The notes beneath the pieces were generated by a model. It worked only from the letters and a program-made list of their open reading frames with translations. It had not been told where the DNA came from and searched no databases. A stretch of 63,319 nt of DNA, the filler included, from Sphacelaria rigidula (Eukaryota): the NCBI GenBank assembly GCA_964200075.2. It is 11 parts of 11 records of this genome, joined end to end, with 100 filler letters (N's around TTAATTAATTAA, not from the genome) between each part and the next. Parts side by side here need not be neighbours in the genome. Positions count along the whole stretch, not along the records: positions 46,125 to 51,789 come from CAXNAA020025445.1; positions 51,890 to 57,554 come from CAXNAA020025446.1; positions 57,655 to 63,319 come from CAXNAA020025447.1; 8 more parts are not named here. One strand, written 5' to 3'. How positions within the stretch are numbered: position 1 is the stretch's first letter; each line of letters begins with the position of its first letter. This document shows positions 47,007 through 58,764 of this stretch, in pieces. Position numbers and translations under genes: made by a program.

Positions 47007-50000
47007 TCAGCCCCCTTTCCGAGGCCGCCCTCCTCCTCTTTTGTCTTTCAACTTGCCCCTGCTTCCAGCACCATCTACGCTGTCGTCGCCCGCTACTAGC
47101 TCCCTAGCGCAGCGAATCATAGATTCGATCTCTGACGGCGTGCCGTGCCCATTGCCTCGCCATCGTACTCTAGCCATCTCGTCCACTAAATACAGGTCGA
47201 GCGACACTCGGCTTCTGATGTCTAAGTTCTTCTGAAGCTGCGTTCATTTTGACGTTTGAAGGGTAACGGCGAAAAGTGGGCACATTGGGGTAACGAAACG
47301 CGGGATTTCGAAGGTCAGAAGAGATGAACTTGTGACTGCCGCACAAAAGTAAGATCCATCGTTGTTGTTCACGGGGTGAGAAAAGGGGTCTGATGCATTC
47401 TCCTACTACCAAACGCCTCCGTTGTAATTCGGGTTTTGGATAGCGCGGTCTGCAGCGCCAAGACCTGCCCACCATCTTGGGCCTGCGTGGGACCGCGGGT
47501 ACTTTTCGTGGGTGAAAATCATTCGGCTGTGGGACTAGGGCGTCCCCCTCGCAGTTTTACCTCGTTTCCCCGCGTGTCCAATAATTTTAGGAACCCTCAT
47601 TGTTTTTCAAACAAGGATCGATCGGGAGCGTTCCGTTCAGGGAAGCGACACTCCAAGGGAGCAAGAAGCCCGTATTAGGAATATTTTTCCAGCTGAAGAT
47701 TGAAGTTTTCCTGTATTCATAAGAAAATGCTTGAAAATAAAAGGACACATTTTGGCGTGGTGACAATCAATGTGCGTCGTACATACCTCTTCGGTTTTGC
47801 CAAAGCGGAAAAAGAATGTGTCCCGCTTGTCGTCGGGCACACCCTTAGCCATTCCAGACACGGCGAGCGTTTTGAGCACCTTCATCAGCCAAGAGTCTAT
47901 CAACGACAGTTGAATGACCTTTGGCACCTTGGGTTGACCCGCAACCACAGACTGGGATCCTGCTCGAAAAAGTTTGTTACAACATGCACACACGACGAAA
48001 TCATTCAGAAACTGAAAAAGACGCCGCTGCGAGTCCCGCTGAGGGACGCCTTCCACTTGATCATCATACTCTTTCTGCATGTATTACGCTACATATTGTG
48101 CATGTGTGGCGGTAAAGAATCGTCAGAGGTCGGCAAAAAACACTGAATTGGCGAATACACTGTTGTTGGAAATAATGCAGACCGAGACATAAAAAAACTA
48201 TAGAGAAATGGGGAATACATGGCGAATTTTTTGCATCCTCTCATCTCACAGTACAGAAAGCTCTCATAAACCGAGATCTCGGCTCCGAAGATATTAAGCG
48301 TGAACGGTCGAGAATATGTCCTGTGAGGATTCAACGAAGCATGGAAAAAACACCCACGAAAGCAAGCACGGAACGATGCGGGAGAGTCGCTCATTCTCGT
48401 CCGAGCACCAAGGACGCCCCCAACTGTCTGAACAAACGAAAATGACTGAAGGAAACTACACATCGCACCCATACATCCTCCTCCTTCCTCACCGGACGCA
48501 ATACCAAAGGCCTCTTCGAAGGGCTCTAGCCACGAGCTCATCATCTGGAAGCCGGAACCACGGTGGAACACCCCCACCAGAGAAACGCCACCCTTCAAAA
48601 CACCAGGGAATCTCACGGTTTTTCCCGAAAGCGACGACGCCTCCAGCGGTGGAAAATCCTGCGCCAGCTTGGCAGAGATGAGCTCTGTGCTTGCGTCAAA
48701 GAATTTTCTGCGGGTGGGGTCGGATAAAATGCAACAGTGGCGATGGCGGGGAGGGAGGGGAGGTGTACTCATGATCTTTCATGTCATCGTCGGAAGACGA
48801 TTGACCCCGCATGCCTACAAAGCAAGGACGGAGCACGCCGGGTTTTCGCCGGACCAGGCTCGCACTCAATCACCAAGCGCGAAGCGCCGTGGTGTGTTCN
48901 NNNNNNNNNGTTCGGCGAGTCGCATGAAGGGTGAGCTGGATCCTGCTAAGATTGTTCGGCCCGAGGCGTACTATCACCTTGCATTTGGATGACAGCTTTT
49001 AATGAGTTGCTTTAATTTCTGGTATTGTCACTTCCAGAGACAGCCACGGCTTATATACTGCCTCGTGGGTGTCTCACCATGTAAACACGACGTGGTACGA
49101 TCATTCCCTTTGCGCGGAGTTGAGGTTTTCCCACGCCGTGCAACAATCGGTAACCTGGTTGCCTAGTTTACGCAGTGAATGGCGTGTTTTACAGCGTCAT
49201 CGCCAACGGATGCCAACCTCATAGGAGGTCCGCCCCTACAAAGCCGGGACGGAGCACGCCGGATTTTCGCCGGACCAGGCTAATTGGGGAGGGGGATAGC
49301 GTAAGATTCATCGAACTGCAAGGGCCCAGTCACGCACTCGGTCGGAAGCATTTCACGGCGTTTTCTGATGTAGTGCCGCCACCGGAGTGTTATTCTACGC
49401 CAAGATTTACGGGCTGCAGGCGGAGTCGCAACTTGCAGTAGCGTCCACCACCAGCCGACCACTGATGTGCTGGCGTACATCGCTGCGGGAGCTAAGGTAG
49501 CCTCGGGGTAACAATCAGCAGTCGTTCGGCCGGCCAAGTAGATTTTAGTGTAGTTCGGTGGGCGTCCAGGTGTGAGACCTCCCACTGCTTCGCAGCCAAT
49601 AACACCAGCACGTGTGATAATCTGACAAAGAAGGTCACTATATCATCCCCACATCACTGCCCATGGCGATACAGAACATTGTGGTGTGCATTATTCATTG
49701 CACTGCGCCATTACTAAACACCAAGCCCTGCAGAAAATCTCCTCTACTTCGAACACAAACGGCACACGGCACACGGCACACAGTACTCCTCTGTTCGCAC
49801 GCACGCACACGCACACGTTGTTGCACTGACCCCTTCCTGACGCTCGCGAGATTGACCACCTCCACCATGTGCCTCCTCTCCTTCAGTTCTATTCTGGGCA
49901 CCTCCCTTGGCGTCTTCACATCTGTCCCCTTCCTCTTTTTTTTCCTGTTATCCAACCTTGCTCGGATTGCATCGTATAATGGCGAATTTTCGACCGCGTT

Positions 50001-51180
50001 CTCCGCTTGTGATGCTGCTATGCGTGTGCAAATACCAAGCATGCGTGAGAGTGCAGCATGGTAGGGAGGGGAAGCAAGTCATAACTCATTACATGCACCT
50101 AATATTTACTGCAGCAAAACGGTGAGGCTCAAGAAACATGCTGCGCACTATCCCTTGTCACGAGACGATAGTTGGAACCCTGGCCGATGTTGGAGCTAAA
50201 ATATCTACCGCGTATCCTACGACGAAAGACACGTAATCAGCAGCGACTATATTTGGAACTCGTTACGCAAATCATGGGAAGATCGCCACAAGGCAAGACG
50301 TCCGACCGCGGTGTGCGCTGTTCCTGATAAATCTTGGCCTACACTATTTTCTTATAGTAAAAAACTCGGATTTATCAAGCTCATCTGTACTGATATGTTT
50401 CGGGTCTGCACTGCTATTTGCTCCGACAGTAGTCAATTGCTCTACGGTTGGTGCTGTAATGTGTTGTCCTTTGTACCGTACGAGTAGGGCAATCCTGCAG
50501 TACTGTGCGTAACTATTGTATGCACTGTCTTCGCGATCCGACGGTATTTCGCTAGCAGATTAGGACTTGTTGTGCGAGTGATGGTATAAATTTCGGAACA
50601 GTTTCGATTGCTTTGGCCGCAAGGGGCGAAAAACTGAGGTACAGTGCAGGAGTGCGGTCAGCTATTCGCACGAGGGTAGAAACCAAGCGCATATGGGGAT
50701 AATAGCTGCATCACATCCAATGCTGCGGGAAGCCTTGTCAAAATGCCAGATCTTACCTTTAGAAGCAGCTGCCTCCTCACCACCTCCTGCTGCCGCCTTC
50801 GCCTGCCCCCTACTGCCGCTTTTGCTGCCCACGAGGCCGTCTGGTGCTGCTGCATCATTATCCACAGAAGAATTGGGCGCGGTCTCCGAAGAGAGGGAGC
50901 TCGAACTTGACGATACCGTGTTATGTTCCTTATCTCCCCAGTCGTTCTGCCTGTTGTCAGAAGAGAACGACAGCATACCGCTGCGAGCGATTTGCTTGCG
51001 TCGCACCCTACGAGCCGTCACCGAACCTACCACTATCGGTACACCCACGACAAGCTGCCGTTGTTCCTGTTTTCGTGCTCGTCGGCTTACATAGTTTCCA
51101 CCGCCATTAACAACGCTACTGACGCCTCTCGATCCAAGTGATTTTGCTCTTAGGCAGTTGCATGCCTGCCTGCATGCCAT
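47007..51180 (-). CDS. ATP10: Mitochondrial ATP synthase assembly factor ATP10, complete, 5 exons, ~408 aa
   Basis: GT-AG exons 51180-50757, 50014-49831, 48707-48493, 47959-47787, 47237-47007 total 1227 nt in frame. Motifs GKFFDASTELISAKLAQDFPPL, VSLVGVF, SSWLEPF, IQLSLIDSWLMK...GVP, LYLVDEMARVRWRGNG. Arg/Ser-rich presequence-like N-terminus. The exon 3 donor could alternatively be at 48469. Confidence 0.88.
48764..49281 (-). mobile_element. Family B apparently full-length copy (~520 bp) in ATP10 intron 2
   Basis: Colinear with 62700-63264. Internal ~44-bp direct repeat at 48817-48860 and 49238-49281. G-rich tracts on both flanks (C-tracts on the element strand). Confidence 0.9.
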
Positions 51181-54100
51181 GATAGATGCTACCTCAGTGA
51201 CCGGCTCTGGTGTGATGTGTTGGTTTGACCCCCCTCTGTCCTGTTTTTCATTCTTCACACTTGCTTTTGAGCAGGCCCGCAGTAATTGCGGCAAATCGTT
51301 CTACTGACGGTAACGGATACGAATGGCAAACAATACCGATGTCCTGAAGGAGAACAAGAAGGTGGGTAGAGGGATCCATGTCGCAGAGAGTTTAATTTTT
51401 GGAGCACAGCCGAGAAGTTTTGCCTGTGTGCGAGAGCCGCCCCCGAGTATGCACGTGACGGTCTCTGTGGACGGTTGAAAAATAAACGTCCGCACCCGAC
51501 GTTCGAACGTTGAAAGCACGATCATCACCAACAACCGCCGGGTGAGTGCAAAATTCAAATAATGTATTGCTACTTGATATAATCGTTTTATTTTGAGGAA
51601 TACACGTGCGATGTTGCCACATATTTTCCTTCGAGAAAAAAAGAATGTACGTCCATAAAGCTGGAAGCTTCGTCCGTCAGGGTTGGTTAACACGTAACAG
51701 TGTTTTCGTAAGATTGAGAGTAAAGAGTGTTTTCGTGAGATTGAGAGTAGATGATACGATTGAGAGTGGCTTTGATTATTCGGTTCAAGNNNNNNNNNNN
51801 NNNNNNNNNNNNNNNNNNNNNNNNNNNNNNNNNTTAATTAATTAANNNNNNNNNNNNNNNNNNNNNNNNNNNNNNNNNNNNNNNNNNNNCCGGGGATGAA
51901 ATTGGGTAAGGCTGGGTTGCCTCTGGTGCCGTGTTCGCTGAACGATGCGGAAATTTCCAGACTGCCAACCCCGGTGCCCCCTGGTGTGTTTGTTGTCGAG
52001 ACGGAGGTACCGGTTCCGTCAGACGAGATGTGTGGAGATTTAGGTGCGGACAAACGCGTGGCTTTTCGGCGTATGTGGGATCGCCTCCCTGTGCATTTGC
52101 GGAGTATAACTTTCGGATCGGAGGACAAATACTGGCAGGTGGAGGATATCGACAAATTAGCGGATGTATAGTGCAAGTTCTCGCATCGGTTTTCGGTTGA
52201 CAAGATGGATTTAGGGTATTGCACGGTGGCCCCGTTCAAGATTGAACTGAAACCCGGGGCTACTCCTACCAAGCAGCGGCCGTACCGTCACGATCCCGCC
52301 CTGCAACAGAAGGTGCAAGTGAAGATTGACAGAATCTTGGCTGGTGGGTTGTTGCGGCGCTCTTATTCCAATTGGAGCTCCCCGCTGGTGGTAGTAAACA
52401 AGAAATATGGGGGGATTCGTTTGACGTGCGACTATCGGAAACTCAACGAAGCCACCCTCATCCCTGTTTTGCCCATCCCCACCATCGATCAACTTGTGGA
52501 TGAACTGGGCAGCGCGAAAGTGTGTACGTGTTTAGATATTCTATCGGGTTATTTCAATATCCCGCTCCATCCAGACACCATCCCCTTCACCGCCGTGTGT
52601 ACGCAGTCGGGTCTGTACGAATGGCTAGTTATGCCGCTGGGGTGCAGCGGTAGTCCGTGTTGGTTCCAATCTATCATGGCGAGGGTGTGTGAAGGGCTGG
52701 AACGGTGCCGCCTTTATATTGACGATATCTGTACGTTCAGCGCAAATGGGACTGAACATGTGAACAACTTGGGCGCTTTTCTGGACCGACTGACAAAACC
52801 TAATTTGAAACTGGCGCCAAAGAAAGCGCACGTGTGGGCGCGTGAAACGCAATTCCTGGATCATCGCATCTCGGCCGACGGTATCGCGCCCGACTCTAAG
52901 AAAGCGGGCGCGCTGCGATTAATGCCTGTGCCGACCAATGTCAGTGAGCTGCGTTCGCTCCAGGGGGGGTTAAGTTATTATCGGAAGTGTATCTCCAAAA
53001 TTGCTGCCCGTACCAAAGCCATTAATGAGTTGTTGAAAAAAGGGGTTGAGTTCAAGTTCACGCCAGAACACGAGGTTACCGTTCGCGAAATTCTGGACGA
53101 TTTGTCTAGCTCTAGGGTTCTGGCTTTTCCAGACTCTGGGGGTGCTACGTCTGGCGGCCGTCCTTTTATGTTGGTTACTGATGCCAGCAAGGAGGAGCTG
53201 GTGGCTGTGGTGGAACAGCGCCAACCAGACGATGTGGTGCGACCTTTATGCTTTTTGAGTCGGAGCACGTTGCCGAATGAACGAAACTGGACGGCCACTG
53301 AGTTGGAAGCGGGTGCGGTCGTGTGGGCGGTGAAGAAAAATCGTCCGCTGTTTAATGGGGTGCCTTTCCAAATTTATAGTGACCACCAGTCTCTGCGCAG
53401 CCTTTTTAGCCTAGCAGAGAAGGTGCCGCGGGTTCAGCGTTGACAGGATTTTCTTCGCGCGTACACGTACGAAATGTTTTACAAACCAGGTGTCGCTAAC
53501 TCCAATGCTGTCATGTTGTCCCGTCTGCCGCAAGCCCATAGTCCGGATGATGTTAGTGGGCAGTTCCAGATCAACGACGCTGCCGATGTCGATGTATACT
53601 TTATTGGCGCAAGTGGTATCATGCCTCGTGATTTTGAACGGCACCATGGTTCTGGTTTGGATGGGTTCCCCGGTGTGTCGGGCGCGCCCCAGGGTTCCAG
53701 TTTGGATGGGCTTCCTCCTCATGGTGTAGTTCAAAGGGGGGGAAGAGAACACCCGGATATGCCGCTGACACTTTCAGAAGTAGCAGACGACGAATGGGAT
53801 CAAGTTCAAAATATTCTCAGACAAAAACGGTCGATGACAGTCTGGAAGGGTCCAGAAGTGGTAAGCGATGACTCGTGACTTCTCCTCCCGAGCGTTACGG
53901 ATGTGCTGTGTGGGCACTGGGAACCGGAATTGTGCTTACATGCTTGCCCGGTTACTGAAGTGGAAAAATATTTGTTACACAAGACGGCGGGTCCGGACGT
54001 TTTGGTAATCCCGGACGGTGAGGCTGGGTCAGCCGAAGAGGACGTTTCGGATACTCCCGCGCCCACTTTAGAGGCGGCGGAGGCATGTAATTTTGGTGAG

Positions 54101-54378
54101 CGTTTGTGCACCAAGTCAGCGGGTGACTGGGTGCACATCCAAGAGACTGATCTGACCGCTCGCACGACTACTATGTACCTCTCACAGGGGGCAATGGTAC
54201 TCTCGAAGGAAGAATAAAAGTCAGTGGATAGTGGTATCGATGTGAAAGAACTGAGGGCTTTAGTGAAACAAGGAGAACTGTTTGAGCTAGCGGATGGTAG
54301 CAAACTGCTGGTGAAAACGTTGACTCCTGCACCTTTCGATTCAGATGATCGTCACCCGGGGGTATTTGAGCGATACCT

Positions 54379-54412
<34 letters not shown>

Positions 54413-54541
54413 ACGGCGGGGGGAAGGGGTGCGAGGGGGTGTGCGGGGGGGGGGGGGCGAGGGGGGAGGAGGGGGGGGGAGGGACGGGNNNNNNNNNNAG
54501 GTATTTTGCGTCGGGTGGTCAGATAGTGGGCGCGGGGGGGT

Positions 54542-54587
<46 letters not shown>

Positions 54588-56449
54588 CGATACCTGGGGG
54601 ACGAACCTGTGCGAAGGTATGTCCCGTTGATGTGAGGCCCTGGGTAATGGACCAGACGCACAAAGAGGCGGTGCACCTTGGTGAAACAGTTACCCTCTCT
54701 TTGTTGCGAAGGTTTTACTGGTGGATCGGCATGAAGGAGAGTGTGAAATTCTGGATTCGGCGCTGCTATTCTTGCCAGGCCAAGAAATCGGATCGTTATA
54801 CGGTGCGTTGGCCTTTGGTCTCGCTACCACTACCCAGTCGACCGGGGCAAATGATGGCGTTTGATTTTCTGGGCCCGTTGCCGGAAACAAAGCGTGGCAA
54901 CAGACACCTCTTCCACATGGTGGATCTGTTTAGTAGGCACGCGGAAGCGTACGCGATTACCGCTGAAGAGCACTCGGCTACGGGGTGTGCTGCAATCCTT
55001 GTGGGAGATTATGTACCACGATGGAGTTGCCCGCACACATTCTTGTCGGATCGGGGATCGGAGTTCACTTCCGCTGCGTGGAAATCGGTCTATGAAATCA
55101 TGGGGGCGGTAAAGCGGTTTACGACTTCGTATCATCCTCAGACGAATGGGATGGTGGAGCGGTTGAACCACACTTTGTGTCAAATGCTGTCTTATTTGGT
55201 GGTGGATGATCAGAGCAACTGGGATGAGTCCCTGATGCATGCGATTTTAGCCCATAACAATAACATCAGTAGGGATACCGGGTTGTCTCCAAATGAGGTA
55301 CATTTTGGACGCTACCTGCGCATGCCCATGACCATTCTAGAAGGTAGGGGGGTGCGGGGGCACCAAGATTTGAAGGCCGACCACTCGGACTATCTCCAGC
55401 TGATGAGAGACCGGCAGGTAAAAGCGTACGAGTTGGTGAGGCAAGAGGGATTTTTTATTAAAGCGAAACATGAAGCCAAGAACCAGGATATTGAGGAAAT
55501 TGCCAACCGCCGGCCCAAATGGGAAGCGGGGCAGTGGGTGTTTGTGTACGATGATAAGAGCACCATCGCCGCGGGAGGTAAGGTCGTGCACGTGGCGGCG
55601 AGTTCAGCCCGGGCGCCTTTGGCTCTGTCAGCGACGCTGGCTCAGTGTTGGACGGGGCCATTCAAACGTTTATTGGTGGGACCGGGGGCAATCTCGGAGG
55701 GTGAACAGGTGGGTTTAAATTTGTTGTTGCTGGAGCTTCGCCGAAACGCACCAGGGGTCAACATGAACCCCAGGGCTTCGGTGGCAAGGTGTAAGCGGTG
55801 CTATAACCCTCGTGAGGGGCCAGACAAGCCGAGGTTTTTGCCTGGGGTTTGAGTCAGTATGTGCTGAACAAATATTCCGAACTGTCGCCTCCTCTGCATT
55901 CAACAACGGAGGATGTGACGAGGGGGTTGGACACGCACCGAATACTCCCTGAAAAACTGGTAAAACACAGGTTGTCGCGGGGTGTGGGTTGTAAGTTGGA
56001 GGTGCAATACCTCACGCGTTGGGGTGGCTTGGATTTTCCTCGGTGGGAGCATGAAGCCGACCTTGAGCAGCACGGTCGGGAGGTAATTCTGAAATATTGG
56101 TTGGGGGAACCAATTCAGGTGAAAGGTGACAACGCGCAGTATCGTAAATACCGCATTCATTTGTCGAGGCGCATAACGGCGCACGAGCGTGGTGGGTATT
56201 ACGTGGCGCCAGGGTATAAGGTGTCGGGGCGCCGAAAAGATGGGCCGGACGTGTATGATCCTGACATTGTTGGTTCCTATGTGTATTGTAAAACGGCCAC
56301 CGCAGATTGGCAGTTGCCCGAGGTGGTGAGACTGGAGGAGAACCCCGGTCAGCAGGAGCGGTCGCACACCTTCCGCATGATGGACTTGGGTCGCAAATAC
56401 GCGGTACACCTCAAGTGGACAGCCCTCGATGAGAGCCGGGGTCGGGCGG

Positions 56450-56850
56450 GGGACTGGTGTTGGCACATCCACATCCCGTGGAAATCCATCAAACATTTCG
56501 CGCATGGCTCGTGACGGGGCGGGGCGTTTTCGTGGTGGGTCTAATCGTGGTGGTTCATGTCGGGTGTTGGCACATCCACATGCCGCGGGAGAACATCAAA
56601 TATTTCGCGCATGTGTGGAACAGGACGGAGCTTTTTCGTGGGGGAACTGGTTGTGGTAAGGGATACTGGTGTTGGCACATCCACATCCTGCGGAAATCCG
56701 TCAAACATTTCGCGCACGGCTGGTGACGGGGCGGGGCGTTTTCAAGGAGGAGCTAAGGTGGACGGGCGGAGGAATTGTTTGTGTTGGTTATGTCGGGGCT
56801 TGGGCCGTCCATATGCTGCGGGAAACCGTCAAACATTTCGCGCATGTGTC
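56450..56850 (+). repeat. ~105-115-bp tandem repeats at the pol end/3' UTR of the gypsy element
   Basis: GGTGTTGGCACATCCACAT...ATCAAACATTTCGCGCA at ~56456, ~56563 and ~56668, with a partial fourth at ~56805. Confidence 0.88.
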
Positions 56851-57053
56851 GAGCAGGCCGAGGTGGATCGAGGTGGATGGAGACATTGTTGTTTGGAATA
56901 TGCTACCATGGAGGGGGGGGCTATCCGGAGCGCGGCGATAGGAGCTGGACGGAGCGCCGCGGAGCTGCATGCAAGAACGAGCAGGAGGACGCTGCGAGTG
57001 ACTGATGTGATGGCTGGAGCTTGGAAAATAATTGACTCATGACCATTTGTAGT

Positions 57054-57299
57054 TTTCGCGTGGACGTTTTCTTGGTGGATTGAAATTTGGAGCCGGAGTC
57101 GCCGCTGGTTTTCCGATTTCCCCACTCCTTGTGAGCGGTTGTGTCCGGAGGCGGTGACTCTGGATAGTAAGTAGCAGCATTCGCGTGAACGTTTTTTTGG
57201 TGGATTGAAATTTGGAGCCGGAGTTACTGCTGCTTTTCCTATTTCCCCACTCCTCGCGAGCGGTTGTGTCCGGAGGCGGTAAGTCTGGATATTAAGTAG
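57054..57299 (+). repeat. Tandem repeat, 2 x ~125 bp, in the gypsy 3' UTR
   Basis: TTCGCGTGRACGTTTT.TTGGTGGATTGAAATTTGGAGCCGGAGT...GAGCGGTTGTGTCCGGAGGCGGT occurs twice. Confidence 0.9.
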
Positions 57300-57654
57300 A
57301 AACATGACATAATAGAGGATTCTATGAAATGAGGTTCATCAATGAAATGAGGTTCGAGCTCAAAACAGTACTTTCTCCAGGCTTTCAGCGATGGTGCCCA
57401 ATGAGTTTCTTGTCGGCCTAATGCCCCTCGATCGCGTAGATACTTCTTCAGCGCATTTTATCGACTCTGTGAGCTTACAGCGCTGTCCGAAACCGCCATT
57501 TCTACTTCTTTTTTTTTGAGGGGGGGGTGATATCAGGGTGAACAGCAGTTTCGGNNNNNNNNNNNNNNNNNNNNNNNNNNNNNNNNNNNNNNNNNNNNTT
57601 AATTAATTAANNNNNNNNNNNNNNNNNNNNNNNNNNNNNNNNNNNNNNNNNNNN

Positions 57655-57699
57655 GAGGTCAATGGTCGTATGACTATGGCGTGCATGATCATGAGTACA
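57655..57699 (+). mobile_element. Family B 3' end
   Basis: GAGGTCAATGGTCGTATGACTATGGCGTGCATGATCATGAGTACA followed by CCCCCACCTCCCCCCTCC. Confidence 0.9.
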
Positions 57700-58355
57700 C
57701 CCCCACCTCCCCCCCTCCAAATCTGCGCTCGCTCAATCTAGGCCAGATTCGGGGCGATGTAATGTAGATCGCATTATGAGCAATCTCAATCTGCGTGCTA
57801 ATTCACACCTGGTGGGCTGCATAAAATTGGTCTGACAGACAGACGGCTTGGTCCACAACCTAGGCGAGAAGAGCTAAGCATGTAGCCCTTGCTCCACCCA
57901 TCCAGCGAGGTATCGGCGAGTGAAGACGCAACGCTCCTATTGCTGTGTTTTTTGCATCACATGGAACTATTTTATTTCAAATCCGCTGTTGAAAGTAGAG
58001 GAGATGCCACGCAATATTTGCGTCGTTCACCGATTGCGTTAAAAAAAATCTGGAACACGACGAAAAACGGCGACGTGGCGCGACTTTTTTTTACCGGTCA
58101 GTTCGAGTTGCCAGTAGCACAGCCAAGCTCCACAAGATCTATGCCCACCTCCCGTTACAGCATGCTCTTAACAATTGCGTGTACGACATACAACGAACAT
58201 TGTTGCCAGGGACGGGACAGCTCCAGCAAACCCCGTGTGGAGCTATTGATGTTTTACGGCAGGTCGGTGTGGAGCATACCTCGAGAGTTTCATATGCAGA
58301 TCGTTATAGAACGCGCCTCAGTATCCTGTTGTGGATATTGAAATGGTGCAAAAAG

Positions 58356-58595
58356 GATCCGAGAATCTATCACCCTGTGGTATTCTTCAGGGGTGGTATC
58401 AACCGTATGAGTGTTATGCTGAGTTACACACGGTAGATCCGAAAATCCATCAGCCGGTGGTATTCTTCAGGGGTGATATCCACCGTATGAGTGCCATGCT
58501 GAGTCACACGCGGTAGGTCCGAAAATCTATCACCCGATGGTATTCTTCAGGGGTGGTATCTACCATATGAGTGTCATGCTGAGTCACACACGGTA
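58356..58595 (+). repeat. Tandem repeat, 3 x 80 bp
   Basis: Units at 58356, 58436 and 58516, each with TGGTATTCTTCAGGGGTG and ATGCTGAGT.ACAC.CGGTA. Confidence 0.95.
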
Positions 58596-58764
58596 GCCTC
58601 GCACGCTCCTCGTAAGACGTTACCGGAAGATTGGCGGAGATACAAACCGCGCTGTCGTGCTGACTTCCTATTTTTGCCACAACACTTGTTTTTACTTTCC
58701 CGCCCCTTGTGTGTTGTGCCGTGCCACCTCCACCGCCAAATGTCGACGCTGGATGCGGTGAAAG

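Larger units (their letters stand above)
51890..57554 (+). mobile_element. Ty3/gypsy chromodomain-bearing LTR retrotransposon, decayed; pol 3' part, PPT and start of 3' LTR
   Basis: RT (WSSPLVVV, DYRKLN, LDILSGY, MPLG, YIDD), RNase H (VTDAS, ELEAGA, YSDH), integrase (H..HLG...CYSC, FDFLGP, SDRGSEF, YHPQTNGMVER), chromodomain (EKLVKHR...QYLTRWGGLDFPRWEHEADL). RT-RH-INT order. In-frame stops at ~52169, 53441 and 53876. PPT GA(G)8 at 57518-57527, then TG at 57528. Confidence 0.95.

Noticed and set aside
47959..48475. In-frame TGA (selenocysteine or readthrough) at the ATP10 exon 3/4 junction
   Set aside because: It arises only with the donor at 48474. Donors after 48493 (G|GTGAGG) or 48469 (G|GTGCGA) give an open frame.
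11980..51180. Functional clustering of mitochondrial-type genes (ECHDC1, CorA-like, ATP10)
   Set aside because: They are on different, artificially joined scaffolds.
54380..54600. Poly-G tract and Gly/Pro-rich ORFs inside the gypsy pol
   Set aside because: AGCGATACCTGGGG is duplicated on both sides of a G-run and N gap, and removing it restores ERYLGDEPVRRYVP. This is most likely a sequencing/assembly artefact.
58356..58595. CRISPR-like periodicity in the 80-bp array (also the 62-bp and ~110-bp arrays)
   Set aside because: Whole units are similar with no unique spacers, there are no cas genes, and the context is eukaryotic.
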